Positions 53,330 through 64,000 of a DNA stretch of 64,000 nt are shown here, one piece after another. Numbering within the stretch: the stretch's first letter is position 1; every line of letters starts with the position of its first letter. The translations under genes and the position numbers were made by a program. This DNA is from Lingula anatina. Lineage: Eukaryota; Animalia; Brachiopoda. The notes below the pieces were generated by a model, which was given only the letters and a program-made list of their open reading frames with translations, was not told where the DNA came from and did no database searches. The stretch is from contig CM120648.1 in NCBI GenBank assembly GCA_051362555.1, positions 13,574,587-13,638,586 on the forward strand. The letters run 5' to 3'.

Positions 53330-54545
53330 ACTCCTCAGGTATCAGTTGCTAATAAAATACACTTAAAATTAAAAACAGTAAACTAATACATTTTTTTCAG
53401 ATTTTTACTGTTGTGAAGCATCATTTGTACAAATTTTACAAACATTTGACCACATTTGTCAAAATTATTAATTTTTAACTATTTTAATCAATTGAATTTG
53501 CCTTTGTTTTCAGTGTAATTTTCAGTTACTCAAATATATTGTCTGAAAAATCCTTTTCATTAGACACAGGCAGCTGATAAGTTGTACTCAAATTATTATC
53601 GTGTTTAAGTTCAAGCTGTTCAAATTTCATGAAATTTGGAGTAGATTTGTCAAAATTATCAATGTTTCAACTTTTTTTTATCCATGAAAATTGCCAGTCT
53701 TTTTAACATAATTTTAAGTTTTTGTTTGAAAAATAACTTTCATTACACACAGTCTACTGATAATCTTATATCAGATTTTTTTTAAGCTTCATTTATTCAA
53801 ATTTGACAAACACTAGACCAGATTTGTCAAAATTATTAATGTTTAGCTGTTTTAAGCCTTGGAATTTGCCACTTTTTTAATGTAATTTTCAGTTTTCTTG
53901 AATATATTGTCAAAAAAAAAAACAAAAAACTTTTCATTAGACACAGGCAGCTGATGAGCTTATTTCAGATTATTTCATTTGTTAAGCTACAGTTGTAAGT
54001 TTCACAAACATCCAAGTCCAAGTAACATCCAAGTTCATTGCACAGAGCTAACGTCTAACTATTTAAATCTGGGGATTTTGCCTGTTAAAAAAATACGTTT
54101 TGATTAATCACAGTCAACTGATAAGGTCATCACAGATTTTTTTGTTTGTAAGCCTCATTTGTACAAATTTCACAAACATTGGACTAGATTTGTCTAAATT
54201 ATTAACGCCAAACTTTCTTAAGCTATGGTTTTTCAAAGTAATGTTAAGTTTTTATCAAATATACTGACGGTAAATGAAAACACATCAGAAAACTTTCTTG
54301 TACTTTTTTATCGAGAACCGATACCAACCATATAAATGAGTACAAATGCACTTGTTTGGTCATCTTGTTTGACTGAATAATAGGCCATTTTTCACACGAA
54401 AACTGCTATTTTCTTAATGTTCCAAAGGAACTAAAAATATTATTTGATAAATAAGTAATGCATTTTCATTGACTGTTAGTATATATTGTCCAAAAATACA
54501 AATTCATTAGACACAGTCAACTGATAAACTTATCCCAGTCTCTTT
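53330..54545 (+). repeat. Degenerate core-less ~190-bp monomers (about 5 plus a partial) at the array edge
   Basis: Decayed anchors (TTCATTAGACACAG..CTGATAA, CAAATTTCACAAACATT..AGATTTGTCAAAATTATTAA) recur at ~53.42, 53.62, 53.79, 54.0, 54.16 and 54.51 kb. Confidence 0.9.
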
Positions 54546-55321
54546 TAACTGTAAATTCTGCAGTGAATAGCAATATCATGTAGAACCTGGGTAGTAAATA
54601 ACACTGATATCCACAACACATGCATACAAACTGGTATTGAAGGGTACTGAATAAATGAAATTATCCCAGTTTTTCACTGCTAATAAGTCACTGATACACT
54701 GACTGTTACGTTTTAGATATTTACTCACATCAACCCATCAAGGTAATGCAATGTTTTAAAAGAGAACATTGACTATTTCTTCAACAGCACAGTCTTAGTG
54801 GGAATGATAGTTGTGTCTTTAGTTTCACTAGAGTTACTCAAAAGGAAAGCACTTAACAGTGAACTCATCACATACAGCAGTTAGAGAGAGGGTACACTTT
54901 TAATGGCAGCAACCTCAAGCCTCAGCTGTTTGAGACTATATTTTTATATAAAATATAAACACAGTACAGATGAATTTCCATGGGAACATGATTACATGTA
55001 CAAAATGTATTGTTCTAATTTATATAAATATTGTTTATTTGATTCATTGAAAATGACATTTAAAAAGTCTTAAGACATTCCAGTTTTTGTTATTGTGTAC
55101 CTGATCTTTTAAGTAAACGTATAATTTTATCACATATTTATTGGTTTCAATTTTATCATAGTTCTTGAAAATGTATTTCAGATGTTTTGATGACTTTTAT
55201 GGCTTAGAATTATCATTTACGTATTATAAATGTAGCAACATAAAGATTTGAAAAATAATAGTTAAAACTGCATGAAATGGATATTACCAATAAAAACACA
55301 TTGATTAATAAGAAAGGAATA

Positions 55322-55389
55322 TTGTTTTTATTTTAATTATTTATTTATTTATTTTATTTTATTTATTTATTTTTTTTTTGGGGGGGGGG
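55322..55389. repeat. (TTTA)n-like microsatellite followed by poly-T and poly-G runs
   Basis: Read directly from the sequence. Confidence 0.9.
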
Positions 55390-55625
55390 CACCTTAGTTG
55401 GATTTAAAGAAATTCTAACCAATTATTCTTTCAACACTGTTTTGAAAATGAAATAAAGAAAGTACCAGCACAGTATTAGTTTCCAAGTCCAGGTAACTTA
55501 GTGTACCCAAGAGTGCTGTAATTATACTGTTAATCCAACAGGTTTGGTGAAAGTTTACCATCGAAAAATTCAAATATAATAACTGAAGTCACTTGATACA
55601 AGTATAACAGGACCTTTCCCGTAAC

Positions 55626-55995
55626 TTTTTATGTACAGACACAGATGTATCAGAACATAAAATTGTCACCTACATCTGCCATTGCCTTCACTGTGCGCTT
55701 TCAGTGATAACACATTAAGTGGGAAGCCATTTTACTTGTTATCTTCAAACTTGGGGAGCAGATGTATATTCATAAAATACAGGTTGAGTTCAAAAATCTG
55801 CATGATCAAGCGATTTTGTCAAAAGTAAAGCTGTTTTTCGCTTTTTACAGCATATTTTATGCACCGTAATACAGATATCATGAAAACTGTAATATTTTGC
55901 TTTAAAACGTGACTGGTTAAAAGGACAAATATACAGATCAAGTTCAAAAATAAGCTTGATCGGTTAAGTTTTGATGATGTTATGCCTTTTTTATA
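55626..55995 (+). mobile_element. Diverged HINE/Helentron-like element of the same family as the array insertions
   Basis: TTTTTATGTACAGACACAGATGT..TGTCACCTACATCTG..GTGCGCTTTCAGTG aligns with the insert (TTTTTATGTACAGACACAGATGT..CATCACCTGCGTCTG..GTGCACTTTCAGTG). It continues into two diverged internal repeats sharing ATACAG..AGTTCAAAAAT..TGATC (~55.78 and ~55.93 kb). The right boundary is uncertain. Confidence 0.7.
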
Positions 55996-56379
55996 TATGT
56001 GGTTTTTCCTTAGATTCAGTTCTTAGGCATGTTAACAGTCTCATTATAGATACGTAAAATTGTTCTTGACATTTTCTGCATCTTGCTAATATTGTTGGTT
56101 GATTGTATAAAAATGAGGTAAACCTGTTATCGTGTATTGTTTAATAAAGTGTTAAAAATGGAAATAAACTCTTATCATTGCAGTTTGTCAGATTCAATCA
56201 TTCACTAATTTCAGAATATCAGAATGGAACAAATTGGACATTTAAAATTGTTCTATTGATATTTTTCCCCATCTCAAGAATTTTCTCAGTTGATCATGTA
56301 AAAATGAAAGTAAATGGGTTATTTTGTTTTATGTAAAAAGTTTAAAATGGGGGGACAGACTCATTTTAGTACAGTTATG

Positions 56380-57345
56380 TCTTGTTTACATATTGGTGTT
56401 TTCAAGGTGCGACTTTAAAATTCCATGGGCCTGAAGAATTGCTAATCACGTTTTCTAAGTGTCCATGTTACCCGCAGTGCTTTATTAAAGATTGGTAATG
56501 ATTATGCTGTTAAGCATTATGTAATATTGCATCAAAGTTGAAGAAAACCCTACCTTGGGCACTTCTAAAGGGAAACTATGCCACTTATTCTCCTCAAATT
56601 TACAGGAAAGAAACGGGACTAAAATAAAGTTTCAGTTGGAAAACCAGCCAGATTGGTCAATTTTTTTTAAAGTTATACATGATGACCATTAAGGGAAAAC
56701 CATGTTACTTATGATTTTCAAACTTGCAAAACAGAAACACAGGACTGAAATGCAGCCTGAGTTGGAAAAGCAGTCTAATTGCCTTTTTTATCTGAAAGTC
56801 AAACATTTTTGTGAAATTTTCATTTTTCACATATTGGCATTTTCATTGTGGAACTTAGAACTCCCACGGGCATGAAGCCGAAAGGTAATCAAAATTTCTT
56901 AATGTCCAAGTTATTTATAGAAGATAATTAAAAATTGGTGGTAATTAAACTGTTAATCATCATGCAATGCTGCATCAAAATAGACAAAAAACCTATTTGG
57001 TGCACTGCCTCCACAAACATCATGAAATAAAAACTGTGCTACTTATCATTTTTTAACTTACAAGAATGATTTTTAGGATTGACATACAGCTCAAATTATA
57101 AAAACAGCCCCATTGGGTCATACTTTTTAAATTAATTTTATGCAATTATTTGTGAAATTTCAATTTTTCTCATTCTGCCATTTACAAAGTGTGAACTTGA
57201 TCTCTCATGGGCCTGAAGCCTTATTACACATTTTACTAACATTGGGATTACTTGTTGTGGATAACTAAAATTTGATGTTGACTTTGCAGTTTAGCATAAA
57301 ATATTATTACTTCAAAATTGCCAGTGGCCTATTTTGTGCATTATT
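56380..57345. repeat. Old diverged tandem repeat, ~3 copies of ~340-440 bp, with an internal ~125-bp duplication
   Basis: CATGGGCCTGAAG at 56424, CACGGGCATGAAG at 56865 and CATGGGCCTGAAG at 57206 have collinear flanks. The block AAGGGAAA..GTTGGAAAA is repeated at ~56567 and ~56691. Confidence 0.75.
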
Positions 57346-57445
57346 ATTTTCTGCTTTTTGGCTGTATTTTTGACAGCTTTGTTGCCTTGTTTTGAAATGT
57401 ACCTCAATCCAAATTTCAGAGTCCATACAAGAGCAAATCGCATAG

Positions 57446-57655
57446 TTACAGTACTACACCGGCGCCAACAACTCTATCATTTCGGAGGGAGATGCTGAAG
57501 AAAGTGACGAAGATGGTTCTTATATTGCTACTGTTACTGAGACTGAAATGGATTCTGAGACTAAGGGCAGGACTATGAATTACAGAGAGAAAAGCTTGTT
57601 CGCTTGTATAAGAAAACTGGAAAGCGTTCTCATTAATAAACGGGTCATATATTAA
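57446..57655 (+). pseudogene. Coding-like remnant: 69 open codons, acidic, unidentified
   Basis: Stop-to-stop frame LQYYTGANNSIISEGDAEESDEDGSYIATVTETEMDSETKGRTMNYREKSLFACIRKLESVLINKRVIY. It is purine-rich and less AT-rich than its flanks. I recognise no family. Confidence 0.2.
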
Positions 57656-58055
57656 CTTGAGAATACGAACATTGCAGTGGATAACCCAAACGGATTCCGG
57701 TGAATCCGATCACATAAATGTGTATATTTTTATTAAAATAGTCTCATTAATAATAGCGACAGACTTCTTAGCTTTTAAAGACCTAGAAACCCTTTGATTT
57801 CATTGGCAAAGATTTAATTGGCACCTATTCACCTAATCCATCAACGCCTTGGCGCTGGAAATGAGCACCTTAAACCTAGGAGTGCAACTGGTTGACCAAA
57901 ATCTGCAGTGGACTTGTGCTTGGAAAAAGTATATCTAAGACCCACTCTTATAAAACACGAGTACTTGGATTATCAGCGTTATATCCGTTCTTGACTATGT
58001 TTCGGGAGTCTGTGGATTCTCATAGTGAAAGCGCCCAAAATAAAGCGATTTGTTA

Positions 58056-58278
58056 TACCCCCTTTACACTGGACGGCGTCCTTTCTGCGTCCCTTCTGCT
58101 ACCATGAAATTTGGCATCGCTGTGTTCTTAATATGGAGGCAGGAGCATTGGTTTTGTATCAGAATGAATGCTCAATGATCGGCCAGATGTCGGCACGTAA
58201 AGTATTATAATTTTTTTACTCTCAAATGGGGCCGTACTGCTGGACGCAGAAAGGACGCCGTCCAGTGTAAAGGGGGCC
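58056..58278. mobile_element. PIF/Harbinger-type MITE (223 bp)
   Basis: Perfect 35-bp inverted repeats CCCCCTTTACACTGGACGGCGTCCTTTCTGCGTCC at 58058-58092 and 58242-58276. TTA flanks both sides (58053-55 and 58279-81), matching the 3-bp TWA target duplication of PIF/Harbinger. The two outermost left bases do not match the right end. Confidence 0.88.
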
Positions 58279-61200
58279 TTACTGACGAGTCCACGGGACC
58301 CGGACTGGCTATCATGTCAGCACTGCAGATGGTTAAGCACGGTGCAAAACTGGAAGAGAGTGTTGTTCTTTGAGCAAACTCGTGTCACAAAACGTGTGCT
58401 TTATAGAGATTACCAGCGTCGCGTAAAAAATTGGTGCAAGCTTTCGAAAAAAGAAAATGTGATGATTATTATTTATTTAATTGATACTTAATCTGTTATT
58501 ACTATTGTCATTGTTATTTTCTATTTTATTATAAATTTTTGCCATGTGGAAACGTGCTATCTTATTAACAAATTGTTCCATAATAGGGCCGAGGTATACC
58601 CTTATGACCATAATAAAACAGTATTCTATTCTAGTTGTGCTTACTGTTTGTATACAGTTATTTGAACAGCGAATAGAATAAACTAGTAAGCATAAAAAAC
58701 GTACATTTACATGTACAAACCTTTCGGCTCCACAAATCTATGGTAAACAATATATAGTAATTGAGTAATATACGTCTGAATGTTTAAACTGCGTTGTACT
58801 GGTAATGATTATGATAATAACCTCATTCATTTGGAATTGAGATATGACCTAATGGGATTTGCCGCGAGATGTAACTTTTTAGATTGGATAAAAGTCGCAT
58901 CTTGTCTTCTCTAACACATTCGATTGATTTTTATTGGGTTCATTCACTCTACCAGCGAAATCTGATTGCTGCCACTGGTCACTTGATATAATGTTTGATA
59001 TCTGATAAAGCGTGATTGTTTTGCCGTTATAATTTTAGTTAAGCCGAATCGCCTTCCCGAGATCGAAATTTATAATAGTGCCCTATGACATAACAAAGAC
59101 CAATGCCTAAATCGAGGCCTCTGTACGGAGGGTGGTCAACTATACATTATTATGTAAACCAGGTGAGCACGTCACTTTGCTGAGAGGTATTCAGATGGAA
59201 CCAAGGTCAGTTGGAAAAGAAAGGAGCCAACAATTTTCACACGTAAGCCAAAATTCTGACACCGAAACTTCAGTAACCTGTTGTAAGTACCGTAGAGATA
59301 ATATAAGATTACACTTCTAATTATGTGTGGACGACATTTTTACAAAACGGTACATTTTCTGTTGAGGTCGTATTGACCATGGGGCACTTGTAACTGACAT
59401 GAAAGCCATTTTCTCCTAGATGTCCAAAATGAGCTTGTAAAAAAGCTTATTTTCTGTTATTATTTTCTAAAGGGAACTCATTTGCCAATATAGAAGCAAG
59501 GAAATTATTCCAGTTGTCCACAAACATGTTATTCCATCCAAACAAAGCAAGACGACAAGGCAGGTGACTGTATACGTAGCTCTTTATTGGGTGCCCTTTG
59601 ATTCCTAACCATAGCAATTTGTTTTTCAAAGAATCGGGTGCCTCCTGTTTCTATAGAGTAAACTAAAATAGAAATAATGTCACTGTAAATTAAGTTCGTG
59701 GTTGCATAGAATGTGTTGGTTTAATATATTTATTCATATAATTTGGATTTTATAGATCGTCATGAACTCCGAAGTGAATTGGTGTAATAGTTATAGTCTT
59801 CTTTATAGAACCCTTAGATACTGTCTCGCGAATCTGAATTTTGTTTAATTTCATTTCATTTTCATTTAATTCCAGTGACTCTTTAACTGCCGTTTATGAG
59901 ATTGGATTCGCCCCCAACAAAGATATCAACCTCGTGTTCGACAGCACCCGCACCCATGTCAAGATTAAAATTGTCTCGCTTGCTGAAGTTTGTCTTATAG
60001 TTAATTTGCAGGGTTGACATTTGATTTGGTTTAAATGTAATGTTTGCATTGGGTTGTAATATTCTGCATCAAAGCGTGTGCCAAATGAAGTACAGCGTGT
60101 AGCGAGTGTTTTTTTCATGGAACTTCTGGTAAAAATGGACTAAATCCAAGCGTCAACCCTGCACGTCACTAGTTTATTTCTTGAGATATGTTACTAAGTT
60201 GTAGCACACCTCTCTACTCACATCCGATGTTCTTATTGTAATTTGTTTATATTTTTGTTTATACCTAAACGAACCTGAAACGACACTTTTGGGGTACTCT
60301 TCAAACAGAAATAACGTCGTTGAAATCTTTTTCTTGCTGAAAAGATGCATACAAACGAAAAATTATGAAAAAATATTGTAGAATTATTACTTTAGGTGAT
60401 GGCCAGGTAGAACACTATGCTGGCACGACTGGTTTTCTGTTTGACTGTAAAATATGTGTGGACAAATATGTAATAAGACAATTTGTTGTGCACTCATATT
60501 CATATCAAATTGGATACAATTATTTATTTTAATGAAGTTAACTTTTGAAAAGGAAAAAACTCCATTACGTTAAATGCATACAGGAATCTTTTATTGTGGT
60601 TTCATTTAAAGAAGTGAGCAAGATGTAAATATTCAATAAACTGTTAACGCTCTAATACAAATTATTACACTTACAAAAAACAACAGCAGTATGAAATTGT
60701 AAATTTTGCTCAAGTTATTGCAGAAATGTACACACGTACTGAAACGGATTTTTATAAAATTGTGAATATGCTGTTATGACGCATGCTAAGAATGAGTGGT
60801 TTCCGGTGTTTTGATATAGTTTGTCTGATCAGTGACACACCCATAGTTTTATGTTTTATTGCTGGGAGGGGGTAGAAATGTTTGTGTTTTCATGAAATCA
60901 AACAAGGGGATGGGGCAGATTTTTCGAAATTATTACAGAAGGAAAACTGACCTTTCGCCTGCAAAACAAAGAGGAAATGTTTAATGTTCACAAAGGAAAA
61001 AATGGATTGTAGAAACATTTTCCTTTTGACATCTTTTGTCAGTAAAAATGTAGGGCCTATATGTAGGATTGGCATTTATCGCATCCTTCTGCAACTCAAA
61101 ATTTTGAGAAATTCTCATCAAATTCGTATCGATAACTAGTTGTCGCGTGTTTCTTTTTATGTTGTTCTTGTACCTGGTACTTTTTAAATTCTATTTTTCG

Positions 61201-61717
61201 GTCGGGATCAAGGGGTGATTGCGAAGATTATGGAAGATTAGATGCCAGTCCTGCACGTTCTGTTGGATTATTTTTGCTGAATGTTTCTTGATCACTGAAC
61301 ACCGGAGACCGTTGATGTTTATTAGCATTTTCTGAGTAAATGTGCTTAGTTACTTTAGGTAAACTATTTTTTCCATAACCTTTAAATTTTATTTAGATAT
61401 TATTATAATTTTTTAAAAATCACCATGCCTGGGATAAGGTTTTAAACTTACTATGTCTTCATGCTGTTCTTGATTTGCACGACGCGTAAATTTAAGTGTT
61501 CACTCAAACCTAAATCCTATTTTAAGATTTAAAGAGGGCAAAAATGATGAAAAATATAAGGTTCATATTCATTTATCTATGAGAAATGCATTCATCAAAT
61601 TTACAAAATTGAATAATGTTCGACTGCTGTTTGGTGTTGTGTGCTATCATCAGCATGGCGACATAGAGTAAGGTGTGGTGTCGTGAGTGTGTACCCCCGT
61701 GGAGGGGGTAACGTTTA

Positions 61718-61879
61718 CATCCCTGTAGCCAGCAATTTCAAAGGGGGGGGGGAGTCTATTTCTGAAAAAGTGGACCTTTTACCATAAAATCCTCATGTAC
61801 CTAGATTAAATTTTACCCAGCAAAAAGGGTGGTTCTTTTGATCCCCACGACCCCCCCCCCCCCCTCGGCTACAGGCCTG
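61718..61879. mobile_element. Small non-autonomous DNA transposon (MITE, possibly hAT-like)
   Basis: Terminal IRs CATCCCTGTAGCC and GGCTACAGGCCTG match at 11/13, with subterminal poly-G and poly-C. An imperfect flanking duplication GTTTACAT/GCTTACAT overlaps the left end. Confidence 0.65.
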
Positions 61880-62486
61880 GCTTACATGAGATCCTATGCA
61901 TTTTGGATGTCGTTACTATTATCTTGAATTTGGATAAAAATGTCCCTCGGTGAAATTTTCGATCAGTCATAAGACAAATACACCAATTTCATTCAAATTA
62001 CTGTTTTTCTTTTTATCAAGAGCTTGTAAAATATGTGGGTATTACCTCCAATATTTCTGTGACTGTCAGTCACCATCATCAGGGAGTAAATGACTAGGGT
62101 CATAATTTGAATTTATACATACAGAGCTAATGAAACTGTTCTCTCACACCAATTTCAACTTTGAATGGTAGTTGTGAAATATATCACGTCCAATCTTCAA
62201 CCACAATGATTTATCTTGAGCGACAATTTTCAAAATGCATAGAACATACAACACATTTAGCCATGGATAGTTGTATTTAAGCTTGATTTACACCTCGAAA
62301 TGCGAAGTCGTTATGAAAATTGCTTTTTTATGTAGAGCCAAAATGTAATGTTTAGGTTTTTGTATACATCTGTGTGGTGCAATCGCTTGTATTTGTTATA
62401 AGAAGTGTACATAAAAGTTGTAATAGATGGAGTTTCGAAATGTGAAAAATTTCACATGTTCATTCCTGACTTTCTTTTCTTCATCT

Positions 62487-62517
62487 CGACTCGAACCTTA
62501 GGTTATCCACTCAGCCA
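62487..62517 (-). promoter_or_regulatory. Compressed Pol III A box + B box pair
   Basis: Minus strand TGGCTGAGTGG-ATAACCTAA-GGTTCGAGTCG. Confidence 0.45.
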
Positions 62518-62659
62518 ATCGTCATTTTCTCTTTTTTGATCTGTCGCCTTGCCTATTGAGCCACTCCCTCAACTTGCTTTTCGTCATTGTCACGATCCTC
62601 TTGTAGTTGTTCAAATTGTTGGTTTGGGTTTATTTTTGAAAAAGGTTATTTGCTGGGAC

Positions 62660-62735
62660 CTAGAAGCGCCAGGAATCGAACTGGGGAACTTCTGTCTCAG
62701 AGGCAAGCGCGTTACCTACTTCTCTAAGTGTTCCC
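62660..62735 (-). pseudogene. Degenerate tRNA-like sequence (tRNA pseudogene or SINE head), CTG in the anticodon position
   Basis: Minus strand reads GGGAACACTTAGAGAAGTAGGTAACGCGCTTGCCTCTGAGACAGAAGTTCCCCAGTTCGATTCCTGGCGCTTCTA. It has tRNA length, a decayed A box, B box AGTTCGATTCC and a T5 run shortly downstream. The stems are mismatched. Confidence 0.6.
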
Positions 62736-62812
62736 ACCCACCCTCCCCGGGTAGACTTTCTTCTTATAGTAACCAAAGGAAAATTTTAATAGCAACCCTT
62801 TGTAATTCCAAA

Positions 62813-62868
62813 GTGCCCGAGCCAGGAATCGAACCCCAAACCCAGGCTACCACTAAGCCATGTGGTCG
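62813..62868 (-). pseudogene. Internally deleted tRNA-like remnant
   Basis: Minus strand has A box TGGCTTAGTGG (62860-62850), B box GGTTCGATTCC (62835-62825) and 3' CTCGGGCA. The anticodon arm is missing. Confidence 0.55.
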
Positions 62869-64000
62869 TCAGTAAAAACACTAACACATTTTGTATATTC
62901 AATAAGTGTTTTATTAAGAGCAAAACAAATTGCTATTTATTCGATTATTTATAAGACATGTATCTTTAAAACATCATTGTCTTGGGGTTTTTTTTATTAC
63001 TGCAAGTTTAAAAGGGTTAGAGTATCTGAAAGAATATGATTGATGTCTGCATTTAAACTCACTTACAGGTGTAACAGACCTAACATTTTTATCTATACGA
63101 TTTGACAAATAAACTATCTACCGCACTAATTGTCTTATGTTTTATTTTAATGACACAAACAAAATATTTCAACTGAAAAAACATTGGTGGATCTAGTCTC
63201 CCCCCTTCCCCCTCCCCCGAGGAGAGCGACCCTTTCTGGACTCACGTGATCAAGTCCTCCAAATACTCTATCTCGTCCCAAAGGTCAACATATGACCCCA
63301 TTCAAATGTCCTTGATCCACCAGTGTTTTTTTTTCTATATAACAAAAAAATTAGATATTTATAAAATGCTCTGTATAAAATTGAACGCCTTTTATTTAGT
63401 CGGACGCGTATCGTTGAGAAGAAAAAAATGAACACACTTTCGTTATGTTTGGCAAAAAACGTTTCAAAAGCCCAGCTATTAACAAAATTGAAAGAATAAT
63501 CAACAATAGATTGTAAAGGGAAAAATATCCCTTATATAGAAAACTATATAGAAAACAAACCACATATTCATCTATGAAATCTGGATTAAAATCCAAGGAA
63601 GAGATCTCGATGTTTCTTACATTTCCTATTTCCATTTTCATTGTAAGAACTACATTCAGAGATAAATACTAAAACAAGAAAGAAGTTTCTTTTCCATCCT
63701 GTGAATAGTATTTACATGCATCAAAACAGCTTTTTAAGGAGGGAATTTTCGCAAATGGAAATCGAAATTTGTAAATTCTACATACTTCACTAGTAAAACA
63801 AAATAATCGAAATTGATTCGTAAAATTACATCTCTTACTCAACAAGACAGCAAAAACTCAAATTGTAAAACACGATATGCCTTTTTTCTCATCTGAACAT
63901 TAAAAGAAAGACACGCAATGAGCGTCAGTCTAGATTTCAGTCCAATTGTAGAATGAGACTGAAGAATATAGTCACGCCGGTAAAAAACAGAAATTAAGAA

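Noticed and set aside
61692-61710. TACCCCC-GTGGA-GGGGGTA hairpin as a Helitron 3' end or terminator
   Set aside because: It is an isolated 7-bp stem with no CTRR terminus or matching element body identified.
62549-62875. 108-aa ORF
   Set aside because: It is the antisense reading of the tRNA-like remnants (PGIELG and PGIEP come from B boxes), with a non-ATG start.
57892-63641. Remaining short flank ORFs (57892, 58025, 59132, 59447, 59894, 60890, 63246, 63396)
   Set aside because: They are 60-81 aa, within chance expectation. Two overlap the MITE, and none shows a recognisable domain or consistent exon structure.

Overview
AT-rich eukaryotic DNA, probably from an invertebrate animal (inferred from repeat types). 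I can support no protein-coding gene. Bases 1 to ~53,320 are one head-to-tail macrosatellite of 63 units, mostly ~770 or ~965 bp. Each unit combines ~192-bp AT-rich sub-repeats with a ~385-bp unique core. The core contains a 287-nt exon-like cassette on the + strand: branch-point-like TTAAC, polypyrimidine tract, CAG|GTAA(G/A)C ... AG|GTAATT. It has no conserved ORF, and its acceptor is also a donor (AG|GT, recursive-splice-site architecture). The array has higher-order repeats (6,175, 2,620, 2,508 and 1,540 bp), a ~10.5-kb duplication at a 40-kb offset, microhomology junctions, and six copies of a CpG-rich Helentron/HINE-like 5' end. From 53.3 to 54.5 kb it decays into old core-less ~190-bp monomers. 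The flank (54.5-64 kb) holds a diverged copy of the same HINE-like family, an old tandem repeat, a PIF/Harbinger-type MITE, a second small MITE and four same-strand tRNA/Pol III remnants. The best candidate for an undescribed system is a satellite-built, multi-exon repeat lncRNA or recursive-splicing ladder. That is an inference needing RNA data.
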